In this document: piece by piece, positions 29,444 to 39,955 of the stretch
How positions within the stretch are numbered: the stretch's first letter is position 1
Layout: every line of letters begins with the position of its first letter
Sequence record: SRR2962707_513
Length of the DNA: 53,117 nucleotides
Direction: 5' to 3' (one strand)
Position numbers and translations under genes: made by a program
The notes under the pieces: generated by a model
Told to the model about the DNA's origin: nothing
The model's database searches: none
What the model saw: the letters and a program-made list of their open reading frames with translations, nothing else

Positions 29444-30205
29444 ATGGTGATTTCTGCTTTTAAAACGTTTTGCCAATTTATTGGCATAGAAACCAATCGT
29501 ACGTCACATATAGAGCGTTTGATTTCGGGGCTGACGACCTGCTTAGCGATAGCCGTTGTCGTATTGGTGACGAAATGGAGCTTATCTACTGACGTCCATA
29601 TCCTATTTTTCGCATCCACGGCGGCGACCGCTTTTCTTGTGTTTACCTTGCCTCATGGCGCCTTATCACAGCCTTGGCCAGTTTTGGCTGGTCAAAGCAT
29701 TTCTATTGTAGTGGGCGTGAGCTTTGCGAGTGTGCTGGATTCTAGCTTGATGACAGCCGCATTGGCGGTAGGGCTAACGGTTATCTTGATGCATTATCTG
29801 GGGTGTCTGCACCCACCAGGCGGCGCGACGGCCTTTTACTTTGTGGTTAACTTTGAACACATTAACGTGTCTGAATCTGTGGTCGTTTTTATCGTGAATA
29901 TTTTGATTATCTTAGCGTTGGCGATGATCATTAATAATTTGTTTCATTGGCGACGTTATCCACTTTTTTGGTTGAACAGAAAAGCCACCGCACAGCAGGC
30001 TCATAAAGACGCTTCTAGTGTTGAGCATTTCAATGTGGAAGACCTGCACCAAGTACTGCAACAGCAAGATGTGTTTGTGGACGTTAGCCTAGATGAATTG
30101 CAAAGTATTTATGATGCAGCTCATGCGGTGGCGAAACAAAGGCAGCGTGTAACCACGCCGAAAAAGGCGAAGCGACGCTTATTCAGAAAAGCGCTCGCGA
30201 ATTAA
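29444..30205 (+). CDS. HPP family membrane protein
   Basis: PHGALSQPWPVLAG, CLHPPGGATA, WRRYP. Confidence 0.88.
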   Translation: MVISAFKTFCQFIGIETNRTSHIERLISGLTTCLAIAVVVLVTKWSLSTDVHILFFASTAATAFLVFTLPHGALSQPWPVLAGQSISIVVGVSFASVLDSSLMTAALAVGLTVILMHYLGCLHPPGGATAFYFVVNFEHINVSESVVVFIVNILIILALAMIINNLFHWRRYPLFWLNRKATAQQAHKDASSVEHFNVEDLHQVLQQQDVFVDVSLDELQSIYDAAHAVAKQRQRVTTPKKAKRRLFRKALAN

Positions 30206-31066
30206 CGCCATCATGGCGTTGGCGGCAAAGGATAAGGTGGTCTCTTTGCGCCAGATAACCGACAGTTTCCAACGTAAAGAGGAGCTGTCCAAGGGTTTAA
30301 TGATCACCCCTGGAATCTTATGCCGTTCGGCAATCAGTTTAGGCAACAACATGACCCCTGTACCTGCCGCTACTAGAGCCAAGCCAAAGTCGGGTTGAGA
30401 TACATGAGTAATATCATTGGGTGTGAAACCGGCTCGTTGGCATTCTTCCTCGATGAGTTTATTCAGTACAAAGGTGGTTTCAAAGGTCACCAAAGAGGTA
30501 TCTGCAAGATCGCTTAAGAATAAGGTCGTGGCATGAGCGAGTGGGTGTGCACTGGATAGCGCCAGCATAATAGGATCATCTCGCACCTGTAGCCAAGCAA
30601 ACTCGTCATCATTTGGCACCAGGCTAGTGGCCAGTTCTATTTCTGAATTGCGCAGTGCGGCTTCTTGTTCTGCGCCCCCTCTCTCGAGTAGTTCGATCTG
30701 AATTCGTGGGTACATGGCGCGAAATTTACCAATAATCGGCGCGAATAGTTCTGCACTGCCAAGAGGGGATAGGCCGATTTTTAAGTGGCCTCGTTCTAGT
30801 TGTCTGAGTTGATTTAGCTCCTCAAGCATAGCTTGGCGAGAAGAAAGTAAAATATTGGCGTGCTTCTGAAGGATTCTTCCCGCTGGGGTTAAGCGCACTT
30901 TAGTACCGCGTCGCCCTCTGTCGAGAAGGTTCACCTCCAGCTCTTCTTCTAGTCCTTTAATGGCTTTACTCAAGGCCGGTTGTGAAATGTGCACCTGTTC
31001 AGCGGCTTTTCCAAAGCTGCCGTTATCTACAATAGCCATAAAGTAGCGTAATACTTTCAGATCCAT
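30179..31066 (-). CDS. LysR family regulator (CidR-like)
   Basis: FGKAAEQVHISQPALSKAIKGLEEEL; divergent from cidA-lrgB. Confidence 0.9.
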   Translation of the reverse strand: MDLKVLRYFMAIVDNGSFGKAAEQVHISQPALSKAIKGLEEELEVNLLDRGRRGTKVRLTPAGRILQKHANILLSSRQAMLEELNQLRQLERGHLKIGLSPLGSAELFAPIIGKFRAMYPRIQIELLERGGAEQEAALRNSEIELATSLVPNDDEFAWLQVRDDPIMLALSSAHPLAHATTLFLSDLADTSLVTFETTFVLNKLIEEECQRAGFTPNDITHVSQPDFGLALVAAGTGVMLLPKLIAERHKIPGVIIKPLDSSSLRWKLSVIWRKETTLSFAANAMMALIRERFSE

Positions 31067-31240
31067 TTCGTTAATCTCATTGAGTTAGTTCTATTGATTA
31101 ACTATAAGTTATCAAATTAATATTTAATATTCATTTTATATATGTATTTAGGCAAATTACACTATCCCTACATCACAACAAGTGGTGACTGTTTTATTTC
31201 TCTTAGCTTGTTTGCTATCTCTATGGGTTTTTTAAATATC

Positions 31241-31651
31241 ATGTTTAGACATTCTTCATTGTATTTTGGGTTACTGCAATTAGCGTCTTTGTGCGGATTA
31301 TTGTGGTTATGTAATCTATTTGTTTCATACATGTCTTGGCCTGTACCGGGGAGTGTTTTGGGGCTCGGTGTGCTGGTGGTGTTACTGGTAACGAAAATTG
31401 TGCCGGAACGGGCGGTGCAAGTCAGTTCATCTTGGTTGCTTGGGGAGTTATTACTGTTTTTTATTCCGCCGGTCATCTCAGTGCTTAAATATCAAGTTCT
31501 GATTCGTGATGATGGCTGGATGATTGCAGGTACTATTGTGTTTGGCACAGTGGGTGTTTTATTAGGTACGGCGTTAGTGGTGGATAGGGTCTACAGTTTT
31601 GAAAAACGACTCAATGAACGACGTTTGGAAAAGGCCGTAAATTATGTCTGA
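31241..31651 (+). CDS. CidA/LrgA family membrane protein
   Basis: PVPGSVLGL, WLLGELLLFFIPPVI; exact start uncertain. Confidence 0.88.
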   Translation: MFRHSSLYFGLLQLASLCGLLWLCNLFVSYMSWPVPGSVLGLGVLVVLLVTKIVPERAVQVSSSWLLGELLLFFIPPVISVLKYQVLIRDDGWMIAGTIVFGTVGVLLGTALVVDRVYSFEKRLNERRLEKAVNYV

Positions 31652-32330
31652 TAGTCTATTAGCGGCACTCAGCTTAGTAGTAACGGTCGCCTTTTATTAC
31701 CTCTCTAAGCAGCTTTATAAACGAAAAGCCGTGATCTGGTTAGCGCCTATCTTAGTGGCTCCTATTGCTGTGATTATTTTCGTTTTAGCGATAGGTATTC
31801 CATTGCATGATTACTTCCTCTACACCCACTTTTTGGTGATGATGTTAGGGCCGGCCACGATTGCTTTTGCCTTGCCTATATATCAGCAACGGCAGATTAT
31901 TTTGCGCTATCCACTGACGTTAATCATTGGCGTTTCGACGGGGTTGGTTTTAGGTTTATTGTCTTCTTTACTGTTAGAGCATTTGTTTCCCATGCCACCG
32001 GAGTTGGCGCAAAGCATGTTAGTGCGATCTGTTTCGACGCCGTTTGCTATGGTGGCGACGGTCAGCTTTGGCGGTATTCCTGATCTAACCGCTATGTTGG
32101 TATTAATGACAGGGATTGTGGGAATGGTGTTGTGTGAGCCTGTGTTCAAAGTGGCGGGTATTCGTACCACATTGGCAAAAGGCGTGGCGTTAGGGGCGGC
32201 TTCCCATGGGGCTGGTACCGCGAAAGCGCGAGAAATTGGCAGTGAAGAGGGCGTTATTGCCAGCTTAACAATGATTTTCGCTGGCATTGCTATGGTGCTT
32301 GGCGCGCCACTCTTCTCTTTGATCATTTAG
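31644..32330 (+). CDS. LrgB/CidB family membrane protein
   Basis: MLGPATIAFALPIY, RSVSTPFAM, GAASHGAGTAKA. Confidence 0.92.
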   Translation: MSDSLLAALSLVVTVAFYYLSKQLYKRKAVIWLAPILVAPIAVIIFVLAIGIPLHDYFLYTHFLVMMLGPATIAFALPIYQQRQIILRYPLTLIIGVSTGLVLGLLSSLLLEHLFPMPPELAQSMLVRSVSTPFAMVATVSFGGIPDLTAMLVLMTGIVGMVLCEPVFKVAGIRTTLAKGVALGAASHGAGTAKAREIGSEEGVIASLTMIFAGIAMVLGAPLFSLII

Positions 32331-32355
32331 AGTATGAGCTATTATTTGAGTCGTA

Positions 32356-32628
32356 CTATTTGACCGCTCGTTTCATGAGGGTAAGGCAAGAAAGCCCGTA
32401 TAAAACAAGAATCAAAGCAGAGAAGAACGTAGGGTCTATGCCCCAGTGTAGACTGATAGGGCGAATCATAATCAGACTAAAAGCGACGGGTATCAAGAGC
32501 AAAAACATGCGCCCAATACTGATAGTGAGTGCGTAGCCTTCTTTGCAGCTTTGGCATGCTTGAGGGCGTAGTAGGCTTTTTCTTAGTATCGAGAATGGCA
32601 GTTTTTCTTGGCAGTGTGGGCACTTCAT
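32356..32628 (-). CDS. Small hypothetical protein: CxxC-x18-CxxC zinc ribbon plus two TM helices
   Basis: MKCPHC...CQSC followed by two hydrophobic segments. Confidence 0.65.
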   Translation of the reverse strand: MKCPHCQEKLPFSILRKSLLRPQACQSCKEGYALTISIGRMFLLLIPVAFSLIMIRPISLHWGIDPTFFSALILVLYGLSCLTLMKRAVK

Positions 32629-32763
32629 CTGGTCAATCTAACTCTTTTTTATTATGAATGCCTGCTAGTTTGCATCAGTCTTGAAGGTCATACAAGTTGT
32701 GCTGTTCTCCTGCTAAAGAGTGGCCGATCTTCGACCACTCTTTAGCCGCTGTGTGTGCTCGTT

Positions 32764-33753
32764 TTATTTGTTCATTTCACCTTTCCATGGCACCACTTTC
32801 ACTGTGTCTCCGATTTCGAAAGACATCAGGTCTTCACCGACAACAAGCGGACCTTTATACGTTTCACGGGTCATGGCAATTAACTCATCGACGCTTAGTT
32901 TCGGAAAGTCCTTGGTGCCTAACAGCGCAACATGGGTAAAAGCCGCCAACTTAGGTTTTGCTTCTGTGAACACTTCTCCGGCTTGTCTTGGATTAATATG
33001 GTGTTCGAAAATGGCGCGCAGATTGGGGTGTTTCTGTAGCAAACCATCTCTGACGGCTGCGACTTCATGCACCAGTAAGTCTGCGCCTTTTGCTTCATTT
33101 ATGACGGTTTGCGACTTTCTAGTGTCTCCCGAAATAACCACGGTTTTACCCTTGTATTGTATTTTATAGCCAACAGATGGGTGAATAAATTTACCGTGGT
33201 CATTTTTGAATGATGTCACTCGGATGCCGTATTTCTGATAGACCAAGTGCTCTCCTTCTGTGAACTCGGTCACGACAAGTTTGATGCCTTCAGGCGGTAA
33301 ATGCTCATCTTCAATATGAATCCTAGTGTTATCTTTGAAGGTTTCGGTTAGACCATTTGCGATGTTTTTAATGCCTGTTGGACCATACAGATGCAGAGGG
33401 GTTGTGCGGCTGGGAGAAACGGGAGGTAGTGGCATCCAGCCTGTCATCCAGAAGTCAGATAAGCCATTAATGTGGTCAGAATGATAGTGCGTTAGAAAGA
33501 CATCGGTTATTTTGTTAATAGGGGCTTTAAGCTGCCAAAGACGAATAATACTGCCACGGCCTACATCGAATAAGAGATAGTGACCACCGGCTTCGACAAG
33601 CGTGCTTGGGCCGAATCGCTGGGCACTGGGAATTGGGTTCCCTGTGCCCAGTAAGGTCACCTTCATAACATAGGGCTTGGACGCTGTGCTAGCGGCGTAT
33701 GAAGAGGGGCTGAGTAGCACACATAGCATAAGTGTAATGAGATATTTTCGCAT
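32764..33753 (-). CDS. Secreted MBL-fold hydrolase, RNase Z/AtsA-arylsulfatase-like
   Basis: Signal peptide (..SSYA-A), LLGTGNP, THYHSDH, VISGDT, LLVHE, HH motif, AFTH. Confidence 0.85.
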   Translation of the reverse strand: MRKYLITLMLCVLLSPSSYAASTASKPYVMKVTLLGTGNPIPSAQRFGPSTLVEAGGHYLLFDVGRGSIIRLWQLKAPINKITDVFLTHYHSDHINGLSDFWMTGWMPLPPVSPSRTTPLHLYGPTGIKNIANGLTETFKDNTRIHIEDEHLPPEGIKLVVTEFTEGEHLVYQKYGIRVTSFKNDHGKFIHPSVGYKIQYKGKTVVISGDTRKSQTVINEAKGADLLVHEVAAVRDGLLQKHPNLRAIFEHHINPRQAGEVFTEAKPKLAAFTHVALLGTKDFPKLSVDELIAMTRETYKGPLVVGEDLMSFEIGDTVKVVPWKGEMNK

Positions 33754-33866
33754 GAAGGCTTCCTTATTAACGTTATTATTTGGCAGTCATCATTTGAATC
33801 TATCGAGTTTTACACGATTCTAGTAATTGCTTTTTCGCGGACAGAATAAGAAATTACGAACACCGC

Positions 33867-34274
33867 CTAACTTGGCATCCCTTCAAACGCAGGCAGATTT
33901 TCAAAACCGTCATCCCAATTACCTTTGCTACTAGTAAATACATGGGCTTGTGGACTGATATCAACATCTGTATCCAAGCAGCCTGCAGGCACAATAACTA
34001 AGCCTCGAGCTTTTGCATCGGTGGGTACGTTAGAGCCGCAAACAGAGCAGAAAGTACGAGCAAAGTTAGTGTCTTCATGCTGATAAAAACGGAGTTTTTC
34101 TTCGCCACTGAGCCATGTGAGTTGAGCGCCAGGCGCAAAAAGGTTTGAGCAATGGGCGGAGCCAGAGCTTTTTCGGCAACGGCTACAGTGGCATAAAAAG
34201 AACTTTTTAAACTCACCTTGCAACTCGAATTTGGCAGTGCCACACAGGCATGATCCAGTGTGTTTTTGATCCAT
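33867..34274 (-). CDS. GFA (Mss4-like Zn-binding) family protein
   Basis: GSCLCG, CHCSRCRK, FCSVCGS. Confidence 0.9.
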   Translation of the reverse strand: MDQKHTGSCLCGTAKFELQGEFKKFFLCHCSRCRKSSGSAHCSNLFAPGAQLTWLSGEEKLRFYQHEDTNFARTFCSVCGSNVPTDAKARGLVIVPAGCLDTDVDISPQAHVFTSSKGNWDDGFENLPAFEGMPS

Positions 34275-34680
34275 AACTGTATTCCTCATGGTCTTTTTTG
34301 GTGGGTAGCGACAGCGAAGTTAGCGCGGATATCGACCTTTTAGATTGTGCTAATCAGCAAACGAAGGTGGCAGATTAGTCCTTCTTTACAGTCAAAAGTG
34401 CCTAATTAGTGACCAGCTTCACGCTAAATTTCTCTTATCGCCGCTGTTTATGTTCAACATACAGATGCTATTTTGCGTCTATTATATCCGCTCTAAGCTA
34501 GATATTACGGGGCTTTAAGGAGAAAAGGTATTGGCTTTTTAGATGGATATTGAAAATAGAGGTTTTGATACGCTTTGATGACATGTATCATGCCCCACTT
34601 TTATTTTCAGCCATATTTATTTGGCAATAATTATTGGGCATAGCAAATCAACGTAACATATAAAAACTAGAGAGAGTGTT

Positions 34681-35967
34681 ATGAGTACTACAATGAAAGT
34701 ATTGCTGGGGATGGCGCTGGGCATCTCCGTTGGGCTAGTCATCAATTTAACAGGACTAAATGCCTCTGGCACATGGGTGAATCAATATCTAACGAATGGC
34801 CTGTTCCATATTGTTGGCAGCATGTTCGTTAATGCACTAAAAATGTTAGTCGTGCCTTTGGTCTTTTTCTCATTGGTCTGTGGTGTGTGTGGCATTGGCG
34901 ACATTAAGCTACTTGGCCGCATTGGCTCAAAAGCCTTTGTTTTGTATTTGATGACCACGGCGATTGCGATTGCCTCTGCTCTTTTCATCGCCTCAGGTTT
35001 GGGTATAGGTGAAGGCATGAACGCTGTTGCCAATAGTAATTTCTCCGGTAAGGCGGCGCCGCCACTGTCCTCTGTAATCATCAACATAGTGCCATCTAAC
35101 CCGATTAGTGCGATGGCGAAAGGCGAAATGTTGCCGGTTATCTTTTTCTCAATTGTCTTTGGTATCAGCTTGCTAATGGTTGGCAAAAAAGCAGACTCAG
35201 TGAGCAGCTTTATTGAAGCATTGAACGAAATCATGATGAAAATGGTTAACGTGATTATGGCGGTCGCACCTTATGCGGTGTTCTGTCTTATCGCGAAAGC
35301 CATCGCCAACCTAGGGTTGGATCTATTAGAGCAGCTACTTGGTTATGTGTTGGTCTTGATTGGTGTCTTAATGTTCCACTTGTTTGTGACATTGCAGATT
35401 ATCTTGAAACTGATGTCGGGTTTAAACCCACTGACGTTTATTAAGAAAATGCGCAGTACTCAAGTGTTTGCGTTTAGTACCTCTAGCTCAAATGCCACTA
35501 TTCCTGTGACCTTGCGCACTGTGACTGACCGTTTGGGTGTTAATAACTCTGTCGCGTCTTTTACCGTCCCGTTTGGAGCGACCATTAATATGGATGGCAC
35601 CGCCATCATGCAAGGGGTTGCTACTGTCTTTATTGCGAACATCTACAATGTTGACCTTGGCATGATGGGTTACTTAACCGTTATCTTGATGTCGGTATTG
35701 GCTTCCATCGGAACAGCCGGTGTACCAGGTGTTGGTCTGATCATGTTGTCTATGGTGTTTGCTCAAGTAGGTTTGCCGATCGAAGGCATTGGCTTGATTC
35801 TCGGTGTTGACCGTCTATTGGATATGATTCGTACCGCGGTTAATATTTCTGGTGATGCGGTAGTGACGGCGGTGGTCGCGAAAAGTGAAGGTCAGTTAGA
35901 TGAAAGCATCTACAACGACCCTAACGCTGGCAATGACACAGCAGACATACATCTAGAAAGAGTCTAG
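34681..35967 (+). CDS. Dicarboxylate/amino acid:cation symporter (DAACS)
   Basis: FSTSSSNATIP, GATINMDGTA, GVDRLLDMIRTAVN. Confidence 0.95.
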   Translation: MSTTMKVLLGMALGISVGLVINLTGLNASGTWVNQYLTNGLFHIVGSMFVNALKMLVVPLVFFSLVCGVCGIGDIKLLGRIGSKAFVLYLMTTAIAIASALFIASGLGIGEGMNAVANSNFSGKAAPPLSSVIINIVPSNPISAMAKGEMLPVIFFSIVFGISLLMVGKKADSVSSFIEALNEIMMKMVNVIMAVAPYAVFCLIAKAIANLGLDLLEQLLGYVLVLIGVLMFHLFVTLQIILKLMSGLNPLTFIKKMRSTQVFAFSTSSSNATIPVTLRTVTDRLGVNNSVASFTVPFGATINMDGTAIMQGVATVFIANIYNVDLGMMGYLTVILMSVLASIGTAGVPGVGLIMLSMVFAQVGLPIEGIGLILGVDRLLDMIRTAVNISGDAVVTAVVAKSEGQLDESIYNDPNAGNDTADIHLERV

Positions 35968-36013
35968 TCGCGTCTGGATACCCAATTAGCCATCTGTAGG
36001 GTTAATTGAATAT

Positions 36014-36070
36014 AAAGCGCCAGACTGACGTGAGCCTGTAATAGAGGACACGTTAGTCTGGCGCTTTTTT
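36014..36070. terminator. Bidirectional terminator
   Basis: aaagcgccagactgacgtg...cacgttagtctggcgctttttt. Confidence 0.85.
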
Positions 36071-36078
36071 ATAGCGTT

Positions 36079-37089
36079 TTAAAGGGACATGACGATACGA
36101 CCTGTGATATCGCCTTTTTCCATATCTTCGAAGATGTCGTTGATATCCTCTAACGACTTCTCAGTAATGATGGCTTTGACTTTACCGCGTGCGGCAAATT
36201 CCAGACACTCTTCTAAGTCTTTACGAGTGCCGACGATTGAGCCAATGACACTGATGCCATTGAGTACGGTATCGAAAATCGGCAATGGCATATCTTCTGG
36301 TGGCAGGCCAACCAGTACACATTTTCCACCGCGACGAATCACATCATAGCTTTGTCTGAAGCCCGCTTTGCTGACCGCAGTACAGACAGTGGCATGCACG
36401 CCATTGGTTGTTGCTAGAATGTCTTTAACCACATCGTCTGTTTTGAAATCGAAGAAGTACTCAGCGCCGAGTGACATGGCCAATTCTCGTTTAGCGGCTC
36501 CTGTGTCTACCGCCACAACACGAAATCCCATCGCGACCGCGTACTGCACCGCCAGATGACCAAGCCCGCCAACACCGAACAGAGCCACCCAATCACCTGG
36601 CTTTGCGCCTGACACTTTGAGTGCTTTATAGGTGGTAACGCCCGCGCAGAACAATGGCGCCGCTTCGACATAGCCTAGACCTTCAGGCACTTTAACGACA
36701 TATTCAGCGTGAGCAGCACAATATTCAGCGTAACCACCGTTTACAGAATAGCCTGAATTTTGTTGTGACAAACAAAGGTTTTCGTTGCCTGTTAAGCAGT
36801 ATTCGCAATGGCCACAAGCACTGTATAGCCAAGGTATACCGACGCGATCGCCTAGGGCGATGTGCTGGACGGCGCTGCCCACTTCAACCACTTCGCCAAC
36901 ACCTTCATGTCCAGGAATAAAGGGTAATGTTGGTTTGACTGGCCAATCGCCGTGGCAGGCGTGTAAATCCGTATGACACACCCCACAGGCGTGTATTCTG
37001 ACAAGAATTTGGTGTGCTTCGATGCTTGGTTTAACCACGTCTTTAATATTTAGAATCTCACCAAACTTATTAGCGACTGCTGCTTTCAT
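36079..37089 (-). CDS. adhP: Zn-dependent alcohol dehydrogenase
   Basis: [43 protein letters not shown]. Confidence 0.92.
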   Translation of the reverse strand: MKAAVANKFGEILNIKDVVKPSIEAHQILVRIHACGVCHTDLHACHGDWPVKPTLPFIPGHEGVGEVVEVGSAVQHIALGDRVGIPWLYSACGHCEYCLTGNENLCLSQQNSGYSVNGGYAEYCAAHAEYVVKVPEGLGYVEAAPLFCAGVTTYKALKVSGAKPGDWVALFGVGGLGHLAVQYAVAMGFRVVAVDTGAAKRELAMSLGAEYFFDFKTDDVVKDILATTNGVHATVCTAVSKAGFRQSYDVIRRGGKCVLVGLPPEDMPLPIFDTVLNGISVIGSIVGTRKDLEECLEFAARGKVKAIITEKSLEDINDIFEDMEKGDITGRIVMSL

Positions 37090-37519
37090 AACGAACTCCA
37101 TCTCAGATTTATTATTTTATTGAACGAGTGTTAAAGCGATGTGATTTTCACTATTCCACTTTAAGCACAATGCAGATAAAAGTTTTCCTCGCAGTCCAGC
37201 ATATTTGCACCACAGTACAATTTACCTTTCAGGAAGGCCGCTTATGGCGTCATTGTCATGCTTTATTGCATGGCGTGTCGAGGTGTTGGATCTCACATAG
37301 GTTTGCGAATGATTACAAAAAGGAACGAATACATTTAGATATGTATGCTAGTTTCAAGAGATATAAACAAGGGCGATATTGGTTGCATACATGGCACAAA
37401 AGACTTTATCAGGAGAACGCTTAGTTTTTAGTTGAATATTGATGTATTAAAAATCAGGTGAATATTTCTTATTGTCTCGTGAGTATGCCGAGCAGGTATC
37501 TTTAGGTATAGAGAGCACA

Positions 37520-39868
37520 ATGTTAAACACACTCAAAGGACGACTCTATTTTCTCTCTGTCTTGATCGTCACTCCCTTCTATTTCTTTATCTATTTTAGC
37601 TTCAACTACAGCAGTGAAATCATTGAAGATGAATTTCTAAAAACCGCTAAGATTGTCTCTAATCAGGTGGCTGAGAACCAGAATCAACTGGTGGCCTCTA
37701 CGCACCGATTCCTAGCTTCTCTAGCGGCTCTCCCGCAGATACAAAAGCCAAACTCCGAAAATTGCCGCCGTTTTGTGAGCGATATTACGCCGTTATTTGA
37801 GCGCTATGTAAATATTGGTATTCCCAATACAGAGGGAGTGTTGACCTGTAATGGCACGCCTCTTATGTCTTCTATTGACGTGTACGATCGTCGCTACATC
37901 CAGCAAGCCTTGACGCAAAATAGATTTACGACCAGCGGCGTACAGCTCGACCGTGTTGTTGGTCGTCCGACGATTAATTTTGCGTACCCCATTCATGTTG
38001 AGGCCGAAAACAATGATGCCTTGGGTGTCGTAGTGGCCGTTATTTCACTGGACTGGTGGAATTTATTACTGAGTAATAGTCAGCTGCCAGAGAAGAGTGT
38101 GGCTTATGTGCTAGATGGCTATGGCAAAGTGGTGGCCAGTTACCCTAATGACATTTTGTTTGATCCACCAGAATACTTTGATGCCATCGTGGAGGGAAAT
38201 GACGACATTCATCGAGTATTTGTTTACCACCCAGTACTGGGTGAAGATGGCCAAGTGCTGCTTACCTTTTTGACTGGCATTTCAGTCGATAAGCCATTAT
38301 CCATTCTTAAAAACCGTTATACCCTGATCTTGGTGAGCTTTACCATCATGGTTGTGCTGATGTTTGTGCTATTGAGAGTGTTTTTTATAAACGCGATTTC
38401 TAAGCCTTTAAGTCGCCTTGGGGATCTTGCCATGAGACTGGGTCAAAATGAGCAAATAGAAGCGGTTTTGCCCACTGGCGTAAAGGAAATGGACGATTTA
38501 CAAAGCCGCTTCATTGACATGGCTGAGCGTAAAGCGCGAGCCGAAAAGGTGATAATACGCCAAGCACAAACAGACAGTTTGACCGGCATCTCTAACCGCG
38601 ATGCGCTTAATAGAAGCCTATCCAACATGTTGTTGGCCAATCATAACAATCATCATATTGGGGTTATTCTGCTCGATCTAGATAACTTTAAAGAAGTGAA
38701 TGACACTCGAGGGCATGAGACAGGGGACGGTGTGCTAAAAATGATTGCCTCTCGTCTTATTGCTTGTGCACCATCGGCTCAACTGATCAGTCGCCTAGGT
38801 GGTGATGAATTTATTCTTTTACTAGAAGGCTTTGACGAAGACCAAATAGCGACACTCAGTGAGAGAATCAGACTCTCCATTAAACAGCCTTTTACCGTTT
38901 CGCATTGCGAAATCGTCGTGACGGCGAGCATTGGCATAGCGCTTTACCCAGAGGATGGGGCGAGTGTCGGCGAGCTGATGGTGGCGGTTGATCAGGCGAT
39001 GTATTTTGCTAAACAAAGTGGCCGAGATGCCTCTAGGCGTTTTAGCTGGGAGTTAAAAGAAGCGCTGACCAGAAAAATAGAGCTTATTCAGGACTTGCGC
39101 CAAGCGATTATTAATCAAGAGTTCTATTTGCTCTACCAACCCATCATTAACAAACAGGGCGATGTGGCCAAATTTGAAGCGCTTATTCGTTGGCATCACC
39201 CGCAAAAAGGTTTAATACCGCCGGATCATTTTATCCAATTTGCGGAAGAATCAGGACAGATTGTCGAAATCGGGCATTGGGTTATCCAAGAAGCGAAACG
39301 GGCACTGGCGCCGATTCGTGAGGTATACGGTAACGGCATTCAGATCAGTGTGAATGTATCGCCAATGCAACTTTCAAAGCAACAAGGTGAAGATGGCCGC
39401 TTGCTCGCTGAACTGCTTAGCAAGCCTGTGGGTGGCAACCCCACACACATTCAAAATGGCTTGGTAGTAGAGATTACCGAACACCTTCTAATGAACTCAG
39501 ATGAAAGCACACGAAGGGCATTATTGGCGTTTAGAGAAGAAGGCATTCAGGTCGCGCTAGATGACTTCGGGACGGGCTATTCGTCGTTGGCTTACATCAT
39601 GAACTACGACATCGATTATTTAAAAATAGACCGTGAGTTTGTGCAGAAGTTAGGGCAAGAGTCTGCTTCGGAAACCCTGTGTGAAGCCATTATCTCAATG
39701 GCGCACGCACTGGGTGTGTCGGTTATTGCAGAAGGGGTAGAAACACAAATACAAGCCGATTTATTGTTAGGTTACGGGTGTGATTACCTACAAGGTTACT
39801 TTTTCTCAAAACCCATTCCCTTGAAGCAAATATTGAAATACCAGCAAGATAAGGATTTATCGGTTTAA
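37520..39868 (+). CDS. Membrane sensor diguanylate cyclase/phosphodiesterase (Cache-like, HAMP, GGDEF, EAL)
   Basis: Two TM segments flanking a periplasmic domain; DLDNFKEVND, RLGGDEF, EALIRW, DDFGTGYSS, IAEGVET, LQGYFFSKP. Confidence 0.92.
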   Translation: MLNTLKGRLYFLSVLIVTPFYFFIYFSFNYSSEIIEDEFLKTAKIVSNQVAENQNQLVASTHRFLASLAALPQIQKPNSENCRRFVSDITPLFERYVNIGIPNTEGVLTCNGTPLMSSIDVYDRRYIQQALTQNRFTTSGVQLDRVVGRPTINFAYPIHVEAENNDALGVVVAVISLDWWNLLLSNSQLPEKSVAYVLDGYGKVVASYPNDILFDPPEYFDAIVEGNDDIHRVFVYHPVLGEDGQVLLTFLTGISVDKPLSILKNRYTLILVSFTIMVVLMFVLLRVFFINAISKPLSRLGDLAMRLGQNEQIEAVLPTGVKEMDDLQSRFIDMAERKARAEKVIIRQAQTDSLTGISNRDALNRSLSNMLLANHNNHHIGVILLDLDNFKEVNDTRGHETGDGVLKMIASRLIACAPSAQLISRLGGDEFILLLEGFDEDQIATLSERIRLSIKQPFTVSHCEIVVTASIGIALYPEDGASVGELMVAVDQAMYFAKQSGRDASRRFSWELKEALTRKIELIQDLRQAIINQEFYLLYQPIINKQGDVAKFEALIRWHHPQKGLIPPDHFIQFAEESGQIVEIGHWVIQEAKRALAPIREVYGNGIQISVNVSPMQLSKQQGEDGRLLAELLSKPVGGNPTHIQNGLVVEITEHLLMNSDESTRRALLAFREEGIQVALDDFGTGYSSLAYIMNYDIDYLKIDREFVQKLGQESASETLCEAIISMAHALGVSVIAEGVETQIQADLLLGYGCDYLQGYFFSKPIPLKQILKYQQDKDLSV

Positions 39869-39955
39869 CGCAGGCCTAGAGTGGCGTGTAAATGACCTCT
39901 CATCAGAGCCGAAAAACGCGTGTTTTTTGACTCTGACGGGGTAATGACCGACGCA

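Noticed and set aside
31241..32330. CidA/LrgB as phage holin/antiholin, implying a prophage
   Set aside because: A standard chromosomal LysR-cidAB module with no phage genes nearby.
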